From assembly GCA_951406725.2 (NCBI GenBank), contig OX597822.1, forward strand, positions 89,838,001 through 89,902,000: 64,000 bases of DNA. The letters are read 5' to 3'. The position numbers were made by a program, and so were the translations under genes. Shown in pieces: positions 1 through 15,475 of the stretch. The notes below the pieces were generated by a model. That model searched no databases. It was not told the DNA's origin and saw only the letters and a program-made list of their open reading frames with translations. Source of the DNA: Octopus vulgaris (lineage: Eukaryota). Numbering within the stretch: the stretch's first letter is position 1; the number at the start of each line of letters is the position of its first letter.

Positions 1-1728
1 ACTTCCCTGTCAGTTGAGGGGGCTTGTCTAATGAATTCACATTATATGTATATATATATTTTCACGAATTTGGGTAAACAAACTGGACAATATATGTAAA
101 GTATATCCATTTACAACTGATGAGTCACTCCATCACTACTCAACAAAAAGCAGAACTGATTTTGCAAGAAACTGATTAGTGACAAACCGTGTCATCAACT
201 TCAAACAAATATATATGTTGGCTGTAATAAATGAAAGAACAAGTTCTCAATACCATTGTACTGAATAGTAATTTATTTAAGATGATGGGCATTTCCATGA
301 CATGAAAATGGTTCATTGAACATTATCAACAGTTTAATCTGTCCAATGAACAGGCTTGACATTTAAATTTTATTGTAGATGTTAGCAAGTTTCATTAATT
401 TTCCAGTTTATTTCTTGTTAGAGTGTTTACAATTTTGGCATGTTTAGATTACAGGTGTACGCTAAAAAGTTAGATGTACTATACATCGCTACCGTTGCTA
501 TAACAGCTGGAAAATCTCTACTACTCATAGTTTTAAGTTGTTTTTTCTCTCCCTCCAGCTGTAAGTTCATTGTCCAACTTACAGCTGAAATAGGTTGCTT
601 CTTAAAAACTGTAAATAGCACCCTTAAATTTTTGATATATACTAATTAAATGTAGTTGAAAAACCTTTCCTGATCTATGAATAACAGAAGCCACCTCTGT
701 ATTTTAGATGTCAACAGTAGAACTTTTGTATAGTCACCTTAGTTTGAAAAATAAAATCAAGATGGCAAGGTATGAGACACTTGTTAATGGCACAGAGGGA
801 CTTCATTTTCACCAATAAACACAGTGGCAATTTCATTACTTATAAAATAAATTATTAGGTACACATTCTAAATTTTGAACAGCAACAATAGTGTAAAGTT
901 GGTATATGCTGGATGATCATTTTCTGTGCACAGGTATGGTAATTTCTGTACCAAGTAAAATGAAAGAAACTGTACAGATATTATTAGCTTCTTTCAGGAT
1001 ATGACTGCAGAAAAGAAAGTCAAATTTTACATTATGACCACAGCATATAAGCTCAATTCTGGATCTCAAAGTATTACAATGAAGATAGGATCTAGCCATT
1101 ACTCTGATGTAAATTGTAGGGTTCAACTGAAACTTGCTCATTTTTTTGCCATATCATAGGAGTACCAGATTGCAAATTGTCTCTAATGTTGTCTTCTTGT
1201 CTGAACATTTCTCAAATCAACTAAGTGCTCATTCAGTATTTCTTGCATTTGATTCCTTTCTTGAGGCTCTACATATTCTACCAGCTGGTCTTTGAGTTAT
1301 TTAGTTGCATTTGCTTTCCGTTAATGTTATTACTGACAATCAGTTTCCTGTTTTCTAGCCACATTCTTTTTTTTTTTTTTAATCTGTTGATTTTCTATTT
1401 GATAGACTTTGTAATTTTTTTGTTTTGCTCTTCTTTAAAGACTGTATATAAAAGAAAAAAAATTTTATGACTGGATGCTCTTCCTGTCACCAGCTTTTAT
1501 CTGCTTTCAAATAAGAGATTAAATATTTTTTTAATTTTTAGCACAGGGCAACCAGTCAACTAGGAAGGTCAACATTACCACTCCTTTGCACAACTGATGA
1601 CAAGCTTGGAATATCAACTTTCATGCATATCTGTGCATACATACACACTACACACACACATGAATATACATATGTATAAGTGTGTAACATAAAATGTATG
1701 TGTTATATATATGTGTGTGTGATATACA

Positions 1729-1776
<48 letters not shown>

Positions 1777-3242
1777 GTGTATGTATACACACACACCTGT
1801 ATCTAATTTATATTTATTTTAACATACATAACAGACTTCTGCACACTTTCCATCTACCAAATCCCTTCACAAAGTATTGGTTAACCCAGGGCTAAAGCCA
1901 AAGACACCAAAGTTACTGAGCTATGGGATTGAACCTGAAACCACATGCCTGCACCTAAGTATAAAAAGATGAACTTCTTATCTGCTTCATGTTTTCAATT
2001 TCATTCTTTAGTTTAAGAAACTGAAATACTTTCCTTGCTGACTGATAGTCTAACTACAAGAGACAGAGTAACAGTGAAGGTAATGTAAGCAGGACATGTT
2101 GAAATTCTATGATTTATAAATTTTACTATTTCTATCTTGATGCATAAATTTATATAATGATTTCATAACATTATTTCATCATGTTAATTACTTTTATGAC
2201 AATGAGCAAGATTGAGGTTATTGAAAAATTAAGATTTAGAGCAGATGTAAATTTAACCAAAATTGTTTGGAAGATGAGTTTATAAAATTGGAAATTTCTG
2301 GTATTTAGTCCAGGATTTCACTGTACATAATCTTTTTTGTTGATATCTTTCCTCTCTGACTATTGCTGCCTCACTCTACTAACAATAGTTAGTTCTCTCC
2401 TGCCATCTTAGTCTGCCTATCTGACTAAATTACATAACAATTGAAGTAAAGACATGGTTAATTCCCTTCAAAAGCCTAACATTCAAACATACAAATGTTG
2501 TGACAAGTAGAATGACACCAGAGTCAAAGAAAAAAATGCCTCAGGGCAAAAAAAAAACAATTAGAATGATACATAGATTTATTACATATGAAGCTGTAAT
2601 TTTTTTTAGTATAAATTTCCTTTTAGTTATCAATTCAATCATCTCTAGCATATTTCTGGTACCTTATCAACCTCAGGACAAAAACCAAAGCTGTCACTGG
2701 CAGGATTTGAACTATGAGGTATCAATATAGATGCACTAAGACCTCCACTTAATTGTACTGCCTCAGCTGTTTTAATTTTTCTTTTTTTTTTATAAATGCA
2801 CACACACAACTATATTGATACCTTTTAGAGTGAAAAATGGACATGCCATAAACCAACAGACTTTGTACTGCACATATAGTGTATATACATTACATGTGAA
2901 TACACTGTCTCTGCAAATAGACAGACAAAAACAAGGAAAGGCTTTGTATACACAAATTCAGACAAGAAAAAAAAATTACCCAGAATAAATTAACACTAGA
3001 GATTTTGATAAAAAAAAGAATGCAAATTACTTTTCAGAGTCAATCCATCAACTCTTGAGCCTTTCCCAACAGATTTTAATCTGTAAGCTACTCTATTTAA
3101 AAGCAGGGGATGAGCTTGTGTATGTGTGTTTTGCTTTTGTTTTTTTCCTTCCAAATCAAAATATCAGTAAACTGTTTGCAATGTTTAGAGCCACAGTTAA
3201 AATACAAATTACTGCATTAAGAAAGGGTAGATACACACGTTT

Positions 3243-5431
<2,189 letters not shown>

Positions 5432-5468
5432 TTACATGGTTGAACAACAACTGGACATCAGCAACATT

Positions 5469-5624
5469 TTAGTTTAATGAAGGTACATGATTGTCTTTCC
5501 ATGTTATGTCTATAAACGGCCACTTAGTTTCTAGGCAAGTCTTTATAGGTGTGCTCTCAACAACTATTTGCATATCGTACTCTTCTTCAACCAGCAATGT
5601 AATGGAACCTTCTTGGTAGGCAAC
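5469..5624 (-). CDS. MINDY3: MINDY3 exon 12 (VAYQEG...[27 protein letters not shown])
   Basis: Acceptor TTTCTAG|G. Stop TAA at 5471-5469. C-terminus resembles the MINDY3 TPIK.CL.TKWP...PSLN ending. Confidence 0.95.
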   Translation of the reverse strand, partial: VAYQEGSITLLVEEEYDMQIVVESTPIKTCLETKWPFIDITWKDNHVPSLN

Positions 5625-7812
5625 CTAGAAAAAGTAAAAAGATATATATATATATATATATTTAATGTTACCACATGTAATTCCTACTAAACAATGCTTG
5701 AACCTTTCTTTTTACACTGTGTAACAGATTAATTTTTGATCTAAATAGTAAACTGATTTTCAAATGCAAAGCCATAGACTTTTCAGGTTAGAAATAAATG
5801 AAGAACAACAATGTCCATATTTTTTCTCAAAATATCAAAAATATCAAAGAAAGTTTTTGAGTAAATATTATCTCTTTAAATCCCACAACATTTCATATAT
5901 TGAATGACAGTACAGACTGTTCATCCCCGTGTGCTTGAATGATTTTAAAGGTATCCACTAATAAAAGTGTAAATAAATTCAAAATATATTATTCAATTTA
6001 AATGGTTTAAAAATAATATTTTTTACTTCAGAATGTAAGCATGCAAGTATGACAGAGAAGTTAGGCATAAAAGGAATTGGTTGTTGTGTGCAAGAGAGAA
6101 GACTGCACTGATTTGGTCATGTGATGCGGATGGATGCTGACAGCTCCATAAAGAAGTGCTGATCATTCAAAGTGGATGGAATGCGTGGAAGTGGGAGACC
6201 CATAAAAGTGTGGGACAATTGAACAAAAGAATGTCACAACAGTTTCGTTGTCACAAGGTATCACCTGATCAAGGCTTATGGAGTATTATCATAGCAAAGT
6301 AGATATCCTGAACCTTTAAATTAAAGCAACTTATTTACTCATCAGTAATACAATATTTTATTATCAATCTGCACAATATATAGCTCACTGGAGCTTAATC
6401 TAACTCAGCTCAAGATTAACTTGATATTTGTTTTAAAAAACAACACAATCATTCAAAATGTGAGCCGGCAGGATCATCAGCATGCTGGACAAACTGCTAA
6501 ACAGCATTTTTATTCTGTCTTCATGTTCTGAGTTCAAATTCTACTAGGGTTGACTTTGTCTTTTAACCTTTTGAATTTGTTGAAATAAGTACCAGCTGAA
6601 TACTAGGGTCAATGTAATCAACTTACCCCTCTCCTGAAATTGCTGGCCTTGTGTCAAAATTCAAAACCAATTATAATTGCCAGAGAAACATGAATTACTA
6701 AAGAAACACAAATTTGTATTGCATGAGAACTGCAAATAAAAAGTATGATATTGATTTACCTTTGTTTGTGGACATGATTGAGAAAGTCCATTGTAATGAA
6801 ACACTATAAAGCGATTTGGACAGCCTTGACTTCCTTCTTCAGGATAAAATTCTTGCATAAAACTGCTTAGCGTGATGATTCCAAGGTTCTCTGAATCCAA
6901 TTTGTTCCGCACCACATCAACACTTAAATGTTTAAGAAAACAAATAGTAGCAAAAATGCAAGTAAGAATGACACCAAACTTGTATACTGTTAAAACAGTT
7001 ACAACAGTATAATCAAAACTATCAGCTAAACCTTTCATCATCATCATCAATTAATGTCCATTTTCTGTGCTAGCACGAGTTGGACGGTTCGACCGGGGTC
7101 TGGGAAGCTAGGAGGCTGCACCAGGCTCCAGTCTGATCTGGCAGTTTTTTTACAGCTGGATGCCCTTCCTAACGCCAACCACTCTGTGTGTGTAGTGGGT
7201 GCTTTTTACGTGCCACCGGCACAGGTGCCAGGGGAGGCTGGCAGCGGCCACGATCGGTTGGTGCTTTTTACGTGCCAATTTATATAAATTATGTTCTTGA
7301 TAATTAAATTGTAGAAGGTAGAAAACCAGACCAGATGTTTTATTGTTTATAGTTTTATGACTCTTGATATTGAGTTTGGATCTCAATGAAGATAACTTTG
7401 CAGTACATTTCAACAGACTTAAGAAGTTTATGGCACTTTCCTTTATTAGATGGATCTTAGATGAGAAAGAAAGAAATTATATTAATGGGGTGAGGAATGA
7501 ACTGGTCTACAGTTATTTTGTGTTATTCTAACAGGATACAAAGTTCATATAAGTGTATGCATGTGTATGTATATAAATGTGTAATCTTATTGAGCAGTAT
7601 ATTACTGATTATGGTATATAACTGGTCAGAATGTCAGGAGTTGTGAATATTGCAGTGCAAGAGTCAGTACAAAACTGACAGTAACATTCTGATCACTTAT
7701 ATGCCATAACCAGTAATATACTTCTTAATGATACATAAAAATATAACAACTCTATCACTCACTGAGGTGGGGGTTTTTTTCTAATTTATGACTAACTAAT
7801 TGTTTATACACA

Positions 7813-7855
<43 letters not shown>

Positions 7856-8804
7856 TCATCATCATTATCGTTTAACGTCCGTTCTCCATGCTAGCATGCG
7901 TTGGACGGTTCGACCGGGGATCTGGGAAGCCAGGAGGCTGCACCAGGCTCCGGTCTTATCTGGCAATGTTTCTACAGCTGGATGCCCTTCCTAACGCCAA
8001 TATATATATACATATATATATATATATCTTTATATATAAAATTGAAGTTGTGTGTGTGAGACTCTGTCTCCTCCGATTTAGATTCCTAACTCCTCCCACA
8101 TTTTGTGGTGCAGTTTAACCAAAAGTGGGTATCTTATAGTCGTCATTCATATCGAGCCCTTCTTGGTATTAGCGCGCGTCTACGATGAGTCTATGATTAA
8201 AAAAAATTTACCATAATTTTTCCGCATTTTTAATTATTTTTGCTTGGGTTATATAAGGGAGGTAACTCTCTAAAAATGCTTATATATATAGTTATTTCCC
8301 TTACAAACCCGAGCAACGCCGGGCGATACTGCTAGTATATATATATATATATTTGTGCGTGTATGTAAACTTTGAGTATTCAAAGATTGCAATTGTATTT
8401 AAATGCATATATCTCTTCCTCTTTTCCCAGTTGAAGAAAGCTATGCCTCTCCATTTCAACAAGACATCTGTTCCTGTTCCTCTACCATGCATTAATCTCT
8501 TAAAACCTAGTATAAAACCACCTCCCTCAATACTATACCCCCATCCCACTCAGCTGATGGGGTCTTGTCTTGCAAATTACTTGGTGATTTCACTAATGCT
8601 GATGCAATGAAAAAAGCACCCAGTAAACACTGTGAAGTGGTTAGCCTTAAGAAGGTCATCTATCCATAGACACCATGCCTAAGTAGACATAGGTGCCTGT
8701 CCAACTGTCTAACCCATGCCCACATAGAAAACAGATTTTAAACAATAATAATTGAAAAGCATGTGCTCTCACTTTAATTAGAATTCTTAAACTACAAATT
8801 CCTG

Positions 8805-8840
<36 letters not shown>

Positions 8841-11800
8841 CACCCCACCCAACCTACCCATACTTACTACCATTGTATTCTCCACCCCTCCGCTCCCCCT
8901 CACATACCTACCTGCGCACAATATGTCTCTGTTCAATCTCTTTTCCAAACCATATCCACTTAATAACCCCTCACTTTACCAGTGCCCACCCACTACATCA
9001 CCCCCACCTCTACTTCCCACTTTCCTTTTGAAATCTTGTGAACTTACCCACCTACCCACCCTCTCCAATCCCCAGTATACTTCACTATGAAAACCACCAT
9101 GTAACTTGGGTGTAAAGCCCCTGGCCCCTCTCTGTCACATCTTCGCCATCTTTCTTTCCCCTCTCTCTCTCCAGCTGAGGTAACCATGTAGCTCTTCTAA
9201 TACAAGACATCCTTTCTGTCCCTCAATACTACTCCCTATTGTTGAGGGATCTTGTCCTGCAAATTACTTGGTGACCTCACTGCTGCTAGTGCAACATAAA
9301 GCGTCCCCAGTACATTATGTAAAGTGGTCAGTGTTAGGAAGGGCATTCTGCCATAAAAACCATGCCAAAAGAGACAACAGAGCTTGCTGCAGTCTTCTGA
9401 CTTACCAGCTCTTGTCAAACCATCCTACCTATGCCAGCATAGAAAATAGATATTAAATGACGATGATAATGATGATGTGTACAAAGAATTTATTAATTCA
9501 TACATTGTGTGATGGTCATCCCAATTTTTAGCAACACCATGGGTATATTAACACCCACAACATTATATGTTGAGACGTTTGAATGCTTTTGATGCAATTG
9601 GTTTTACTTCTCTTACAAGTATCCACACAACTGAGTCATGGATGAAACTTATTTTAACAAGCTAATTGCACTGAGGTAAGAAAGAGTTTGTAATAAGATT
9701 TGAATTCATGAACTTGTACGATCTGTTGTCTAACAGTTTAATCTTATAATTGCTAAATGATTACCATTAACTAAATTGTTTTTAGGCTATCTTGATTATT
9801 TTTTCTAACATATAAAATAAAAATATTAAGAGTTTTGGAAATTTATCAAGGTTTAAATTTGTAGAAACCTTAACCCTTTCCAAAACCAAAACACTTAACA
9901 TTCTCTTCATGTGTTAAAAAAGATATTCAAGATAATCTAAAAACAAATATAAACGCTAACAACAATCTTTATTAATGAAATTTGTTTTTAGGCTAGCTTG
10001 ATTAAGATCTTTCTATTAAAGAAAACAAAAATATGAAGTATTTTGGAATTCTGAGATAACAATTCAAAATATATCTGTGTGTACTAAGTGACTATAATGA
10101 AAGAGAAGAAATAAATAAATTTAAGACACAAAAGATAGAGTCAGATTGTTGTTGAATATGCTAAATACAACAATAAATACAAGGATAACTTACAATTCCT
10201 TTTCTGAACCCAGATCTAATTCCTGTAAAAGCTGTCCCAGAGAAGAAGTAGATATAAAACCATTACCTGTACAGAGAAAAGGAAAAAAAAATTTTTTTCT
10301 CTCAAAATACTTTTGGCAACATTACTATACTTAAGATCAAAAAGACACCAAACTTTTAAAACTGCTCTTTCTTACAGTAACTCTGACCTTGAAGTCTAAT
10401 AGCAATTGCATCATACCATATTGGTTAGTCATCAATCAGCACATGCTTGAGTGATTTGTTACAAGTTGAACAATGAAGGACTTGGAAGAACAATGTGTTT
10501 GTGTGAAATTCTGTCTCAAATAGGAGGCAGGGGACCCTTTTATAGAGATGTTTCTAGTATTACACCATTGGAAAAAGACAACAAGCTGTATACAATCTCA
10601 CATTAATAGCAGCACTTCAAATTGTGACTGATTGGAGAATGATCACATTGTAAAATTGTTGCTTGTTTGAGAAGTTTCATAAGAAGTAGGCATAATTCAT
10701 GTCAGATGAATTTTAAAAGGAAAGTGGAAGATGCTTCATGTTACTACAAAATTTGCACTGAGTGCTGCTGACAAACAAAAACAAAACTAAGCCAGAGTCA
10801 ATAAAGAATTGTTTGATCATTTGAATGCTATTTAAAATTTTCTGATTAGTGTCATAACAAGTGACAAAGTATGGGTGTGTGGCTACAATGTTGAAACAAC
10901 AGTTTAGTCATTGCAGTGAGTTGGGTCGTCATTGTTGCAACCAAATAAAGCTCAAATGTGAAGGTGATGTTGTCTTTTTCGATTGGAAAGCTGACTCCAT
11001 CATGACTTTGTTCCACATGATCAGATGATAAATAGTTTTATTTGGATGTTGAGATAAGTAGAGCAATGGAAGAGACTTGCAGAATAGACAAGCAAAATTT
11101 GGATGCTGCCCTACAACACATCAACTAACACATCACTCCTTATCCATGATAAGATGATTCTTGTCCTTCAGTCACTCTACTCTCTGGATTTGGCTCCCTA
11201 CTGATTCTTCTTTGCTTCCAAAATTTAAATCCTTCTTAAAAGGTTACCAGTTTCAGACACTAGAAGAAAATTTGCCAAAGAAACACATAACCTTGAATAT
11301 TTCTAGAAACAGTTACTTTATGTGAAGCTGACCTAAACAATTTTAATAGCTTTTTTTTAACTGACCTTCATTATCAAATTTTTGAAACACCTGTTTTGCT
11401 GTCATTTCTTGAGTAGCAGGAAAAACTATTCCCTTCTCCTGAAAATAGAAGAGAGTTAATGCAAGAAAAAAAGATATATCACATTCATTGCCGTTTTAAG
11501 ATCCTACAATAAATTAAGTACATTTAAACCATTATTTAACTAAAATTGACTAAGCTTCAATTCCCAAGCTGAGCTACATTTTAATGCACGACATTGATCT
11601 TTACCCCAATAAATATTTTCCTGTACTGATTCAACTATCACCAATCAAAGTAACAACTATTAAAACTTGGATGCAATTTGCCAATCTCATTATTAAATGA
11701 CTTAGAGTGTATTTTTTTTCTTCTGCAACAAGTTCTAGAAATGAGTTTAAAGCTGCCACACTAATTTCCCTTTATATTTTTTTAAAGATCTACTTTAGTT

Positions 11801-14800
11801 TGTATATGGATTTTATCCTTTGGTACTCAGTAAACTGAATCTGCAACCCAGTTTCAATACTAACTGGAAAATTCATTTTACGTTTAAGGTCACTAATACT
11901 CTTTGGAACATGAGCTTGATAACAAGCAAAAGAAAGTCAACTGATTCTATTTTAATATTTCATTTAACACTTGCAAATATGACAGAGTTGTATTTATCGT
12001 GTGCAAAAAAATATATTTATATATAGGTGCTTGGGTGTGTGGTAAGAAGCTTGCTTCCCGATCACATGGTTCTGGGTTCAGTCCCATTGCATAGCATCTT
12101 GTGAGTGGATTTCGTAGGTGGAAACTGAAGGAAGCCCATCGTGTGTATGTGTGTGTGTCTGTACATGTGTTTATTTCCCACCACTACTTGACAACCAGTG
12201 TTAGTGTTTACATTCCCATAACTTAGCAGTTCGGCAAAAAGGCCAATAGAATATGTAGCAGGCTTAAAAAAAGAAAAGAAATGAAGTACTGGGGTCAATT
12301 CATTCAACTAAAAATTCTTCAAGGCAGTGCCCCAGCATGGCCACATCCAAATGATTGGAACAAGTAAAAGATAAAAAAATCATATGTAAATGACTTCTCA
12401 TTATGAGCAAGTTTTATTACGTGCACTTTCAGAAATATATAATCTTAATAATTCTTAATAATGAGGATCAGAATTGAAATCGATCAATGGAAATTGCAGA
12501 TGTGTTACCAGTGCCGGTGGCATGTAAGAGAACCTTCCGTTTCGCGACCGTTGCCAGCACCGCCCCATTTCGTGTCCGTTGCCAGCCTCGCCTGGCCCTC
12601 ATGTCGGTGGCACATAAAAAGCACCATCCGTTCGTGGCCGTTTGCCAGCTCTGTCTGGCACCTGTGCGGGTGGCACGTAAAAAGCACCCACTACACTCTC
12701 GGAGTGGTTGGCGTTAGCAAGGGCATCCAGCCGTAGAAACACTGCCAGATTTGACTGGGCCTGATGAAGCCTTCTGACTTCACAGACCCCAGTAGAACCG
12801 TCCAACCCATGCTAGCATGGAAAACAGACGCTAAACGATGATGATGATGATGAATTCAAAATATAAAGTATACAATAAGTAGTTTGCTCTTTAAAAAGAC
12901 ACTGAAGCAGTTGTAAAATTTCGTATAGAATGAATTGCTTGTAGCATTGTTCAATGTCTATTTCACTAACACTATAATGCTATTTGAAAACATGTACTAG
13001 ATAAGAGCTGATAAAAATAAATACCAATAACATATAATAAAATCAAATCAATCACTAACACTCTCTTTCAACTGACAACCACACAACGTGCCTTGTCAAA
13101 ATAAACACTACTTTTAACAATAATTTAAGTAAAATATATAAAGCTCATGTGCAATTGTAGAACAAGAACACTTTAATTCCTACTTGATATTCTAATACCT
13201 TTGATAACAGCATGCATATCACATGAAATCATATCTCGTCCTTATAAATTTGTTTCTTGCACTTAGTAAAAAAAAAAATCATTTTATACATACATACATA
13301 CAAAATGTATGTAATGTATGCATATCATCATTCTCACTATTTTAACATCCACTTTCCCATCTTGTATGGGTCACATGGAATTCAGAGGTAGATTTTCTAT
13401 GGCCAGATGCCCTTCCTCTCACCCTTTGCCTGTTTCTAGAAGGGTTTTCATGGAAGATTGGAAACAAACACTACCACTTGTAAGATGGTGAAGCTTGTTT
13501 TCAACTATAGTGCCATGTCAAGGCAAGGACACACACACACACACACACACACTTGTATCATCATTTCATCTCCCACTTTTCCATGCTCACATGGAATTTG
13601 TTCAGGCAGATACTCCTCCTGCCATCAACCCTCATTTGCTTTCAAGTATGGTAATATTTTGTCATAGCTAGACATGCTTTCACAGAAGATTGGAAATGAA
13701 GAACACTGCTTGCATGATGGCAACACTCACAACTATCACACAACATCAAGGCAAGGAGACAGTAACTAACACACATACATATATACATATGTACTGCAAT
13801 CTCATAGTCAGATACAAAACATCATTTTAAAACATGTGATTTCATTACTTTCAATAAAGTAAGTACTTGTTATGTAGGTTTAATACCCACCTTGGAAAAA
13901 AGCACTGTCAAATGTGTTTCACTGGCAAGTAGCCAAATTGGGCATTTGGGATTTTTCAGAAACCATCCAACCTGCGGACATAAAAATTTCCCATTGACAG
14001 ACTCACATTTTCAAAATTAGGCAAAGGTGATAAGCAATAGTCTGAATGAAAATTGTGTAATATAGTCAAAACAAATACAGCTAAAAGAATTAAAAAGCAC
14101 AAATTTTATTTCAGCTATGCAAACAAGCTCAATGACAAAACTTAAACACCACAGAATGCAACACACTGAGCAAGTAGAATAGCGTGTTAAGGGGGTGGGG
14201 GAGACACCGTGATGTCAGGCTGACAAAACACAACATATTAAGTCAGTTGAATATAACTCCATATTAAGCTGACAGAAAAAGCCAACCTGTTCAGCTAGCA
14301 GGGCATGTAAATTTGGAAAGTAGAACTCTAAAGAGTCTCTCAAATTATTCAAACATGAACAATGTAATTATTTTATTTGGCACGTAAAAAGCACCATCCG
14401 ATCGTGGCCACTGCCAGCCTCACCTGGCCTTTGTGCTGGTGGCACGTAAAAAGCACCATCCGATTGTGGCTGTTTGCCAGCCTCATCTGGCACCTGTGCT
14501 GGTGGCATGTAAAAAGCACCCACTACAGTCACGGAGTGGTTGGCATTAGGAAGGGCATCCAGACGTAGAAACATTGCCAGATCAGAATGGGCCTGGTGCA
14601 GCCTCCTGGCTTCCCAGACCCCAGTTGAACCGTCCAACCCATGCTAGCATGGAAAGCAGACGCTAAACGATGATGATGATGATGATGATGACATCATCAC
14701 ACAACCAACAAGGGATAAGAGAAAAGGATAGGAGTTATATGGGAGATATGTTCTGCCATTAAAAATAGCAACACAAAAACATCAAACAGAAAAAAAAAAA

Positions 14801-15436
14801 AACTTAACTTTCTTGAGAAATATCAAAAACTGATTTTCTTAGGAAAGTCAATAAATGTAGAGAAAAGTTTTACTCACCTCACAGTAACGTAAGTGTTCAA
14901 GGAGAGTCAAAAACCCAATGTAAGATTGTTTATAGATGCCACGCATTTCTGAAAGGACAATAATACTCTTTCGGCAATTGTCTACTAATGAGTATGCAGA
15001 GAACAAATTACTCAATTCCCACTTCATTAATTTTCTGTAGATGCACAGGGTGTATATTCGGCAAATATTGCTATTTCCAAATTGCTATTAATTCTGAATA
15101 TCTTTAGCCGAAGCCTTAATCCAAACTTAACACCTATTTTCATAAACATTGACAAATGGAAATTAATTTCTCTATACAATAGAAATAAGCATGACTTCTG
15201 TTTAAAACACATCACACATATTGACATAAAAAGTTCTTAAAAATAAATTCAAAGTATTATCATATTCCACAGGCATGGCTGTGTGCTAAGAAGCTCACTT
15301 CCCAACCACATGGTTCCGGGTTCAGTCCCACTGCATGTCACCTTGGGTAAGTGTCTTCTACTATAGCCTTGGGCCAACCAAAACCTTGGGAGTGGATTTG
15401 GTAGATGGAAACTGAAAGAATCCCATCGTGTGTATA

Positions 15437-15475
<39 letters not shown>

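Noticed and set aside
9772-10050. ~70-bp diverged direct duplication (9772-9842, 9979-10050)
   Set aside because: AT-rich local duplication with no structure or motif suggesting function.
12505-12690. CRISPR-like repeat/spacer appearance of GGCACGTAAAAAGCACC units
   Set aside because: Eukaryotic LINE 3'UTR subrepeats. The intervening segments are homologous to each other and there are no cas genes.
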